Below, piece after piece: positions 52,183 to 59,427 of a stretch of 64,000 nt of DNA; position 1 is the first letter of the stretch; every line of letters begins with the position of its first letter. A model generated the notes under the pieces. The model saw nothing but the letters and a program-made list of their open reading frames with translations, did not search any database and was not told the origin of the DNA. The stretch is taken from the IMG/VR virus record IMGVR_UViG_3300024503_000015, positions 186,001 to 250,000 of that record; one strand, 5' to 3'. A program made the position numbers and the translations under genes.

Positions 52183-52211
52183 ATTATACAGCCAAAAGAA
52201 CGCCCTGTCAA
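52183..52211 (-). promoter_or_regulatory. sigma70-type promoter of the phosphoesterase-ligase-kinase operon
   Basis: Perfect TTGACA-17 nt-TATAAT. Confidence 0.75.
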
Positions 52212-52238
52212 CTCTCGAAGACAGGGCAAATGTTGTTT

Positions 52239-52706
52239 TTATACAACGGGCTTGTATGTGCGCCAATCGTCGATGTTGGGCTTTTCGTCCGCATCGTAGG
52301 TCCAACCCAAGGCTCGCATCATTCTGTGCTTAACGAGCAGATTAGGGCTTCTAAACCGCCCTGTATCCTGAAAGCCCAGCATTACGCCTACTTCGCATAC
52401 AGCACCGCTACGACAAATTCCAGCAAAACAATGAACAACAACGTTCATTTTGTTATCCAAAGCGTGTTGTAAAAGAGCCACAAGTTGATTGGCTTGTTCT
52501 TGACTACACTTCATTGCTTCGTCGTCTACGTGGTCGTTTTCCTCCACGTCCAAAAATTCAAAGTTATGAATTTCCTTGAACTTATGGGCAGGAGTAGGAC
52601 GCCAGCTCGCCGGGTCAACGATACTAATCAGCATACTATTTTCGCCTGCTTCGTGATGAAATCTTTTTGGGATATCATCGGCGGCTACATTTTCAATCCA
52701 AGGCAT
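52239..52706 (-). CDS. Cys-dependent (CX5R) phosphatase
   Basis: VVVHCFAGICRS active-site loop. Confidence 0.82.
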   Translation of the reverse strand: MPWIENVAADDIPKRFHHEAGENSMLISIVDPASWRPTPAHKFKEIHNFEFLDVEENDHVDDEAMKCSQEQANQLVALLQHALDNKMNVVVHCFAGICRSGAVCEVGVMLGFQDTGRFRSPNLLVKHRMMRALGWTYDADEKPNIDDWRTYKPVV

Positions 52707-52715
52707 AATGCCTCC

Positions 52716-53084
52716 TTATTTTTTCATTGCTTCCATCATTCCGAAAAGTTCAGCCCATTGTTCACTAGGCTTTTGACCTTCGTTAAGATTCATAATAGCA
52801 AGAAAATCCTTGTAGTTTTCTGGAACCTTGAAATAGATGTTAGCATAAGTGCAGTCAAATGAGTCGTCCTCATCATGACTGTACCAAGGATGTTCTGACA
52901 TTTCATCAAAAACATCTTCGTAGTCTTCACGGTTACCACCACCATTACGTGTATGAACAACAATGTAACCTTCATCCATATAGACATTACGGAAACGACC
53001 AAAGTCGCTTGCAGTTTTGCCTAGAATTTCAAGTAACTTTCCGCTATCGGGATTCATGCCAAATATCATGTTGTACATTGACAT
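52716..53084 (-). CDS. Hypothetical protein
   Basis: GRFRN...VHTRNGGGNR...DDSFDCTYA conserved phage pattern. Confidence 0.7.
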   Translation of the reverse strand: MSMYNMIFGMNPDSGKLLEILGKTASDFGRFRNVYMDEGYIVVHTRNGGGNREDYEDVFDEMSEHPWYSHDEDDSFDCTYANIYFKVPENYKDFLAIMNLNEGQKPSEQWAELFGMMEAMKK

Positions 53085-53086
53085 AA

Positions 53087-53458
53087 TTACTCCTTTACAA
53101 AATCAACTCTTTCACTGTAATAGCCATTCGATTGACCTAGCCAACGAATGTCCACATAACCCTTGCGAGTTGCAAACTTGTAGAAAGTCCATGTGTAAGA
53201 CTCGTATGCTTCGAAGTCGGCTGGGCTTTCGCCATCAACTTCTTCTGCTATTAGAATCTCTGAACCTACTAAGTCCTGCAAATCGCCGACTATGCTTTCT
53301 ATGCTTACGCTTTCGCAACAGTCTTGCTCGTGATACATACGATAGCGTTCGCCATCTGTGGTTTCAAAAACGATCTCGTCGCCACTCTCGTTGATGTTGG
53401 ACAAAGTCTTGCCCTTCAACACATCAACGTTACAATATTCTCTGTCCCAATATCCCAT
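53087..53458 (-). CDS. Conserved phage protein
   Basis: HEQDCCESV...TWTFY...WLGQSNGYYSE. Confidence 0.7.
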   Translation of the reverse strand: MGYWDREYCNVDVLKGKTLSNINESGDEIVFETTDGERYRMYHEQDCCESVSIESIVGDLQDLVGSEILIAEEVDGESPADFEAYESYTWTFYKFATRKGYVDIRWLGQSNGYYSERVDFVKE

Positions 53459-53467
53459 GATATCTCC

Positions 53468-53686
53468 TTACTGCTTTCGCCGTTTCATCCAGGTGTAATC
53501 TACACCGTCTGGACACTTTCCATCTACAATGCTGTCAGCACCAAACATGCCAACAATTTCGTATTCGCTACTTTTGATAGTTACAAATACTGCCAATGTT
53601 TTTGCCCAATCCATTGCTGGGCCAAGATTATCAAAATCTCGTTCGTAAACATTCTTGTTTACATCTTTCCATATTACTTTATACAT
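53468..53686 (-). CDS. Hypothetical protein
   Basis: 72-aa ORF behind a perfect sigma70 promoter (53693-53721). Confidence 0.65.
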   Translation of the reverse strand: MYKVIWKDVNKNVYERDFDNLGPAMDWAKTLAVFVTIKSSEYEIVGMFGADSIVDGKCPDGVDYTWMKRRKQ

Positions 53687-53722
53687 TCAATTATTATATC
53701 TTCACTTCAATATTTTGTCAAT

Positions 53723-53797
53723 TGGTCCCGCTACTACGAATCGAACGTAGACTTACTCTTTAGGAGAGAGTCGTTCTATCCATTGAACTATAGCGAG
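53723..53797 (-). tRNA. tRNA-Arg(CCT)
   Basis: Cloverleaf by hand; ACTCT-CT CCT AA-AGAGT; encoded CCA. Confidence 0.88.
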
Positions 53798-53807
53798 GGA
53801 GGGAATT

Positions 53808-53915
53808 TGGTGTGACCGGGAGGGTTCGAACCTCCAAGGACGGCATATCGCCTAGTCCCGACCCACGGAGTGTTTCACAACAGTCCTGGAGCTCTGCCTA
53901 TTCGCTCACGGTCAC
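53808..53915 (-). ncRNA. tRNA-like RNA with expanded anticodon arm (108 nt)
   Basis: Perfect 7-bp acceptor stem, ACCA, D-arm and T-arm; ~41-nt branched insert instead of an anticodon loop; no variable loop. Confidence 0.7.
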
Positions 53916-53946
53916 ATACTAAGTATATAACCTTTTCAGCAGTTTG

Positions 53947-54387
53947 TCAACGGGTTATGAGGTATTCGTAGTTCACTGTGTTGTCGTTTTCTTGCAACAC
54001 ACAGGCACCATTTCTGATATGGAACTTGTAGGCCATTTCAGTTTTTGGGCTAAGTGTTACAAAACGATTAACAGTTGGGAAAAGTTCTTTTATTTGATCC
54101 ACTACACCAAAAAGTAGCTCTGCGGCCGCACCCGGCGCATAACTCCAAATTGTATAGAAGATTGCTGTAGTTGGTTCTGTGGGTGTTTTAGCCAAATCTT
54201 CAACAGTTGTTGGCACAAAATCGTGCAGACTAACACAGACCATTGCACGTGGTTTTTCGCCTTCTACAGTGGTGGCGACAAATCTGCTACCGCTAACACG
54301 AAATTCTTTGGGAATTTCTGGACGTACTGGATCATCCTTGATATAGTCAAGTAATGGATTAGTAGTTTCTCTGATTAATGTTAGCAT
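53947..54387 (-). CDS. GNAT-fold protein resembling the malonyl-CoA decarboxylase C-terminal domain
   Basis: AIFYTIWSY...FVTLSP compared with the MCD AVFYSI...TLSP motifs. Confidence 0.5.
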   Translation of the reverse strand: MLTLIRETTNPLLDYIKDDPVRPEIPKEFRVSGSRFVATTVEGEKPRAMVCVSLHDFVPTTVEDLAKTPTEPTTAIFYTIWSYAPGAAAELLFGVVDQIKELFPTVNRFVTLSPKTEMAYKFHIRNGACVLQENDNTVNYEYLITR

Positions 54388-54425
54388 ATAACTATTTAGC
54401 ATTTAGTGGGCAGATTATGGTGTTA

Positions 54426-54500
54426 TGGTGGTAACGGTGAGATTCGAACTCACACCTTGCTCCGTATGAAGGAGGTGCACGACCATTATGCTACGTTACC
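54426..54500 (-). tRNA. tRNA-Met/Ile2(CAT)
   Basis: Cloverleaf; loop TT CAT AC; CCA. Confidence 0.85.
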
Positions 54501-54502
54501 AG

Positions 54503-54739
54503 ATTATTAGTAAGATGTCCCGAGAGTTTTGGTTTGGGTAAGGCCATCCGACGGTGCGATTCGTCCCTCTCTTTGTCTAGCCCAACATGAAGTTCTTGTA
54601 GTCTCAATCCGCTCACCTTGCACCGGCGCTTGATACATATACTCTACAGCATTAAAGTTTATAACTTCAATTAACAAAAACTTCCGATCTTTGTTAACTC
54701 CTTGCGGATGCTTTTAGAACCTTAACTACTTACTAATAA
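54503..54739 (-). ncRNA. Candidate ~235-nt structured RNA
   Basis: 11-bp terminal stem; GCAA tetraloop; G-U-containing hairpins favour the minus strand. Confidence 0.5.
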
Positions 54740-54741
54740 AA

Positions 54742-55010
54742 GGGGTGGAGAGAGAAAGGCAAGTAATAGACTGGACAATGTACAAGCGGGCTCTATAAAG
54801 ATACCCTTAACAAGTCACAAGGCGCAAAGCACAGGGACCTGTATATTTCCAGTTAGCAACTCACAAAGTCGATTAATATATAGAACTGGTTCACACAAGC
54901 ACGAAACGTTTTCAAGACGTTTTGCCAGTAGTTGATGTTCGGTCTCTATAAGAGATCAAACCTTAGGCATGTAGCCTAAGTCTGTCTATCCTAATCTCCT
55001 TCTCTACTCC
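54742..55010. ncRNA. Candidate ~270-nt structured RNA
   Basis: Terminal 11-bp stem with three G-U pairs on the plus strand; several internal hairpins. Confidence 0.4.
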
Positions 55011-55039
55011 AGGCTCGGGCTTTCGCCTTTGCCAAAACT

Positions 55040-55113
55040 TGGTTGCGGGACCTGGAATCGAACCAGGATCTAGAGCTTATGAGACTCTTGAGTTACCGTT
55101 TCTCTATCCCGCG
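55040..55113 (-). tRNA. tRNA-fMet(CAT)
   Basis: C1:A72 mismatch; CT CAT AA; CCA. Confidence 0.85.
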
Positions 55114-55120
55114 ATAACTT

Positions 55121-55249
55121 TATAGGTGCTCTCTGTTCGACTCGAACGAAACCTGCTGAGCTCCTTATCTTCCTGGCACTTTCGGTGGGTAGTCGACTTA
55201 GCACCTAACTCGTGTTATCCAGTGTAGTTCAGCTCAGAGAGCATTTATA
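55121..55249 (-). ncRNA. Candidate tRNA-like structured RNA (~130 nt)
   Basis: TGCTCTCTG/CAGAGAGCA stem; T-loop TTCGAGT just before the 3' strand; no CCA. Confidence 0.45.
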
Positions 55250-55250
55250 A

Positions 55251-55449
55251 AGTGTCTAGCCACTCCCACCACAGGAGCCCTAAACCGAGCTGTTACTCTG
55301 TCCACTAGCCTTTCCATTTAGACGGTGCTGAGGTCCGCCTTTGTGATTTCTCAAGTCGCTTTAAACAAGCCTTGCGGTAGATCCAATGCACCGAGCCATT
55401 AAGGTGTAGCAATTACCTAACTCTATCACGCTGAGTTAACGCGGGGTCT
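55251..55449 (-). ncRNA. Candidate ~200-nt multi-hairpin RNA
   Basis: Non-coding; hairpins TAACTC/GAGTTA, AGGT/ACCT, CC-GCAA-GG, GGCGG/CCGTC and CTCC/GGAG. Confidence 0.4.
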
Positions 55450-55450
55450 G

Positions 55451-56023
55451 TTACAGTAAACCTTCTGCTTGCAGAACTGCTTCTGTTTTGTCAGACAATT
55501 GGATAGTTGTCTGAACATTTAACTCTAGGATTTCATCCTGAAGTTTTTGTTTCTGCTTTTTAGCAGTTGCCACTCTACGACGGAATCCGTCTAGATCTTC
55601 ACGAGTGAGCACACTAGTGTCTACTGTGTCGTTGTAGCCATAGATGCTACGACGGTTTTCGCTTTTGTCGTTACGGATCTTGTCCAAACGACCTGCTACA
55701 ACCTTTGCGCTTTCGCGAACGGTCTTACTAGCCAATCCGTTGTAGAATTGGATTTGTTTTTCTAGATGTGCAACATCGGCCAATCTAGTGTCGATTCTAA
55801 CTTCTGTGTTAGCACCGCTGACACTTTTACGAATCTCGTAAAGTGCTTCCACTAACGCATCTCTGCGTGTAAGGTTGTCGCAGAGTGTTCCTGCAACTTT
55901 GGAAATTTCTTGTTCCGCTTCTTGGAACTCGTTGATTTTTACTGTGGTCTCAAACTGGAAACCTTTGACGGTATCGTTGATACTGTTCTGAAGTGCATTT
56001 GCCTTACGTAGGGAGATATTCAT
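55451..56023 (-). CDS. Coiled-coil hypothetical protein inside the tRNA array
   Basis: Start refined to MNISLRKA (AAGGA SD); 190 aa, helical. Confidence 0.7.
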   Translation of the reverse strand: MNISLRKANALQNSINDTVKGFQFETTVKINEFQEAEQEISKVAGTLCDNLTRRDALVEALYEIRKSVSGANTEVRIDTRLADVAHLEKQIQFYNGLASKTVRESAKVVAGRLDKIRNDKSENRRSIYGYNDTVDTSVLTREDLDGFRRRVATAKKQKQKLQDEILELNVQTTIQLSDKTEAVLQAEGLL

Positions 56024-56089
56024 TTGTTTTTCCTTTAATGTTTCTATTATACAATCTTTTAAATCTAAATCAATGCCTTTTGGCAAAAC

Positions 56090-56165
56090 TGGAGCGGGAG
56101 ACGAGGTTCGAACTCGCGACATTTACCTTGGCAAGGTAATGCTCTACCAACTGAGCTACTCCCGC
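56090..56165 (-). tRNA. tRNA-Gly(GCC)
   Basis: Canonical cloverleaf; U73; CCA. Confidence 0.95.
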
Positions 56166-56213
56166 ATATGAAGAACCTAAGGCAAAGTTTATAACTTATC
56201 CAAAGGCCATATA

Positions 56214-56289
56214 TGGTACACGGTACGGGAATCGAACCCGTCTTACTGACGTGAAAGGCCAGTGTCCTAAACCGATAGACGAACCGTGC
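56214..56289 (-). tRNA. tRNA-Glu(TTC)
   Basis: Canonical cloverleaf; CCA. Confidence 0.93.
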
Positions 56290-56295
56290 ATTACT

Positions 56296-56371
56296 TGGCT
56301 CCCCAGGGTGGGATCGAACCACCGACACCCTGATTAACAGTCAGGTGCTACTACCGCTGAGCTACTAGGGA
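56296..56371 (-). tRNA. tRNA-Asn(GTT)
   Basis: Cloverleaf; G73; CCA. Confidence 0.93.
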
Positions 56372-56378
56372 ATAAACT

Positions 56379-56453
56379 TGGTACCTGGTGACAGTTTCGA
56401 ACTGCCGACCCTCTCGGTGTAAACGAGACGCTCTACCACTGAGCTAACCAGGC
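56379..56453 (-). tRNA. tRNA-Val(TAC)
   Basis: Canonical cloverleaf; CCA. Confidence 0.93.
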
Positions 56454-56463
56454 AAACTAACAT

Positions 56464-56540
<77 letters not shown>

Positions 56541-56545
56541 AATGA

Positions 56546-56621
56546 TGGAGCGGGAGGCGAGAGTTGAACTCGTCTATTTCAGTTTGGAAGACTGACGTGT
56601 AACCACAAACACTTCACCCGC
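56546..56621 (-). tRNA. tRNA-Gly(TCC)
   Basis: Cloverleaf; U73; CCA. Confidence 0.9.
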
Positions 56622-56627
56622 ATATTT

Positions 56628-56711
56628 TGGTGCCCCAGGAGAGACTCGAACTCTCACGGCTCTCGCCACTGGCTTCTAAGACCAGCGTGTCTACCATTCC
56701 ACCACCAGGGC
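56628..56711 (-). tRNA. tRNA-Leu(TAG)
   Basis: Class II with long variable arm; CCA. Confidence 0.92.
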
Positions 56712-56712
56712 A

Positions 56713-57516
56713 TTAACTGACAATACTATTTAAGTATTCCTGAATTGTCGTTGCAATTTTTTCTTGCACAGACAATTTAATTTTTGCATTCTCACCATTA
56801 GCACTCATATACTGTTTTCCGTATTCAGTACAATCTATACCAGTGTGCATAAACTCTTTAAAAATTTCTGAGTTGTCAGGATTAGGATCTCCAAACCTAA
56901 CAGTCGTCCATTTAATATTTTGAGAATCTAAAAACTTAATTAACATATTGTAACCATTTCTATGTCTACGAATATGCCAATCTTTGCTTTGACTTTTTTG
57001 AAAAGCAATACCGTTTAATCGCTTTTTATGAACTTCAATTGGATATCTATCTGGATTCCATTCTCCGTCTACATAATTTTCACGTTCAAATACATATCGT
57101 TGATTGTTATATTTGAAACTGTGTGCTATATGACTAAACGTGTAATCTGTAACTAATACATGATCCGGTTTAGGATTCTCTGCTAGGTACTGTTTTAATC
57201 TTTTGTGATGACCTATAAAATGTCCACCGTTAATAGATATATTAACTACATTGGAAACATTTAAGAAATTAGGCCATGCGGCTTTTTGTTCTTCTTCCCA
57301 TAGATAATGCCAAACAACATTTTCCATATTGCCATTGGGCATAGGTGTTGTAACATTGTTTTCTTTTCTATGTTTTAGATACCATTTAAAAACACTTCTA
57401 AAATCATTATGGAAACGTAGACTCCAAGTCCTCGGAGCATCGTCGTTGACTATGTCACCAGCCAAACAATTATTGCCATTACTTTGGCAATCTCCTAAAA
57501 TTAAAAGTGTTTTCAT
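56713..57516 (-). CDS. Hypothetical protein with SGNH-like N-terminus inside the tRNA array
   Basis: LLILGDCQS N-terminal block; 267 aa; more AT-rich than the flanking tRNAs. Confidence 0.65.
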   Translation of the reverse strand: MKTLLILGDCQSNGNNCLAGDIVNDDAPRTWSLRFHNDFRSVFKWYLKHRKENNVTTPMPNGNMENVVWHYLWEEEQKAAWPNFLNVSNVVNISINGGHFIGHHKRLKQYLAENPKPDHVLVTDYTFSHIAHSFKYNNQRYVFERENYVDGEWNPDRYPIEVHKKRLNGIAFQKSQSKDWHIRRHRNGYNMLIKFLDSQNIKWTTVRFGDPNPDNSEIFKEFMHTGIDCTEYGKQYMSANGENAKIKLSVQEKIATTIQEYLNSIVS

Positions 57517-57530
57517 ATTAATAGTTATCT

Positions 57531-57607
57531 TGGCGCACCGTAGGGGACTTGAACCCCTGGCCTCCGACGTGACAGGCCGGCGCTCTGACCAACTGAGCTA
57601 ACGGTGC
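57531..57607 (-). tRNA. tRNA-Asp(GTC)
   Basis: Canonical; G73; CCA. Confidence 0.95.
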
Positions 57608-57612
57608 AAATT

Positions 57613-57692
57613 CTATTCTGAAACACACTAACCAACTACCAGAAGCATTTATAATGCCGTTATTCGGTTCGAGCTAATGTGTTTTAGAATAG
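57613..57692 (-). ncRNA. Candidate small stem-closed RNA
   Basis: ~19-bp terminal stem with one A-C mismatch. Confidence 0.35.
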
Positions 57693-58572
57693 TGCTAACG
57701 CTGAGATTATACGTTAGCCAATAGTGCCTCTAGCATTATAGTCAGCCTTGCGAGCCAACCTTCTCTAGACATCCACATAAGCCATTACTGTACCTATGTC
57801 CACTATCAGCATCGCCGTTTTTAAAGACAGGCAGTAGTCTTGTCGCCATATGCTATTCTACGCTATCTACTCCGTTGACCTTGCGAGCCATTCAGCGGCG
57901 CTAACCACTTACGAAACTTCCAGCATAAACAGATTTCACCTTGCGAGCTACGTCTGACTCGATTACCTTGCGGCTCGAGTATTAGATGCTTTTCACATAT
58001 GACCGAGGCAGTCTTTGCATTTTATAATCGATAGTTGGGATCGAACCAACAGTCCATTGCTTAAGAGGCAATTGCGTTACCATTACGCTATATCAAACCT
58101 ACCGCGATGAGCTGCCTCTGTTGCTCAATAACCTTTTGGATTACTGAATACAACTCACCACATACCTTTTGTCTCGCGGACTACTCAGTGATATTTCACG
58201 ATCAATGTCCTGCATCAAAACAGTCCACTAACCATTAATATTGCATACAAGCCCTTAGGAGCGACCCCTTGGACAAATACACTACCCTTTCTCATACCAA
58301 TTCGCAAGTTGGTTTTGTTAGGAAGTCAGCACCACCCGTTACTTTTCATGCACCCTGGTTCCCTTGCGGGCCAGTCGATACACATTCTTTCCCTAACACT
58401 TGCTTCATTGTTACATCCACCGGTCTTCTCAGTGAACGCTACCTCGCGGTAGTGAGCAGGCTTGTTTACATGAACCATTACTGGCGGAGTTGCGTAGGCT
58501 TACCTCCTTTGGGTTGATCACTCAACTTATTCTTCGTCAACGGCGAACCGCCAACAGGATAATAAACTACCC
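57692..58572 (-). ncRNA. GOLLD-like giant ornate RNA (~880 nt)
   Basis: No credible ORF; five C(GCAA)G, three GCGA and one UUCG tetraloops on the minus strand; embedded tRNA; located in a tRNA array. Confidence 0.65.
58027..58097 (-). tRNA. tRNA-Lys(CTT)-like module embedded in the giant RNA (no CCA)
   Basis: GCGT/ACGC D-stem; ATTGC-CT CTT AA-GCAAT; GTTGG-TTCGATC-CCAAC; 6-bp acceptor stem; enclosed by GAGGCAG/CTGCCTC. Confidence 0.75.
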
Positions 58573-58582
58573 TTAAATTTTT

Positions 58583-58751
58583 ACCATTAAAAAATAACAT
58601 TACACCCTATGGGATGAAACGTATTTCTGAGTGGAGTTCGATTCTCCTCATAAGCCATTGTTCACGGTTTTCTCAGAAGGGTAAGATGGCCTTATCCTTC
58701 ATAAGTCTATGCGTCCATAGACGATACCCGTCAATGCTATTTCTTAATGGT
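58583..58751 (-). ncRNA. Stem-closed RNA whose 5' strand starts in the ACCA of tRNA-Tyr
   Basis: 19-bp stem (58733-58751 with 58583-58601) including two G-U pairs on the minus strand. Confidence 0.45.
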
Positions 58752-58833
58752 GGATGCGGCTGGAGTCGAACCAGCAGTGCCGTAAGGCGGCGGATTTACA
58801 GTCCACTGGGGTTACCAATTTTCCTACACATCC
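58748..58833 (-). tRNA. tRNA-Tyr(GTA)
   Basis: Class II cloverleaf; CCA. Confidence 0.92.
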
Positions 58834-58884
58834 ATATCTGCTTGAAATTTTTAAAGAACTAGGTTAATTTCTTAACTAGTCTCT

Positions 58885-58913
58885 ATTGTATATGAACTTT
58901 AGAAACTAGTCAA
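58885..58913 (-). promoter_or_regulatory. Internal sigma70-type promoter
   Basis: TTGACT-17 nt-TACAAT upstream of tRNA-Tyr and the giant RNA. Confidence 0.6.
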
Positions 58914-58920
58914 GACATTT

Positions 58921-59015
58921 TGGCAGTGAGTAAGGGATTCGAACCCTTGATCCCCGTTTTTGCAGGAATGCCTTCTTAGCAGGAAGGTGCCTTCGACCAG
59001 CTCGGCCAACTCACT
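58921..59015 (-). tRNA. tRNA-Ser(GCT)
   Basis: Class II; G73; CCA. Confidence 0.9.
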
Positions 59016-59023
59016 ATATTTGT

Positions 59024-59052
59024 ATTATACGATCAACTGTTAAACAAGTCAA
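59024..59052 (-). promoter_or_regulatory. Internal sigma70-type promoter
   Basis: TTGACT-17 nt-TATAAT upstream of tRNA-Ser(GCT). Confidence 0.65.
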
Positions 59053-59059
59053 CACCTTT

Positions 59060-59149
59060 TGGCCGAAGCGGTGAGATTCGAACTCACGGACCCTTTCGGA
59101 TCGTCTGTTTTCAAGACAGGTGCAATAAACCGGACTCTGCCACGCTTCG
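59060..59149 (-). tRNA. tRNA-Ser(TGA)
   Basis: Class II; G73; CCA. Confidence 0.92.
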
Positions 59150-59195
59150 TTGTTTTACTTGTATAATTCGTTGTAGATAGAATCTGCTACAAATG

Positions 59196-59273
59196 TGGTA
59201 CCCCTGCTCCGATTCGAACGGAGAGAACTTCTCCTTTTGAGAGAGACGACTTTACCAATTTGTCCACAGGGGT
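59196..59273 (-). tRNA. tRNA-Leu(CAA), short variable loop
   Basis: TCTCT-CT CAA AA-GGAGA; 6-nt variable region; CCA. Confidence 0.85.
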
Positions 59274-59278
59274 ATATC

Positions 59279-59352
59279 TGGTGCTCAAGGAAAGAATCGA
59301 ACTTTCGATTGTGTCGTACCAAGACACTGGTATACCATTTACCTACAAGAGC
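59279..59352 (-). tRNA. tRNA-Thr(GGT)
   Basis: Cloverleaf with two U-U mismatches in the acceptor stem; CCA. Confidence 0.8.
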
Positions 59353-59354
59353 CT

Positions 59355-59426
59355 TGGCGCCTCTGAGTAGATTCGAACTACTATAACCTGGTTTAGAAGA
59401 CCTGGCACTGCTCCATCAGCAGAGGC
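59355..59426 (-). tRNA. tRNA-Arg(TCT), degenerate D-arm
   Basis: CAGGT-CT TCT AA-ACCAG (4 of 5 bp); perfect acceptor and T-arm; CCA. Confidence 0.65.
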
Positions 59427-59427
59427 A

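Noticed and set aside
1-53700. Genome-wide stop-codon reassignment
   Set aside because: Recognisable genes (ligase, ClpP, PhoH, the 3100-aa protein) are intact under the standard code and tile the sequence without gaps.
59355-59426. Possible amber suppressor (CTA) reading of this tRNA
   Set aside because: Placing CTA at 34-36 leaves no anticodon-stem pairing; the TCT register gives 4 of 5 pairs, so it is called Arg(TCT).
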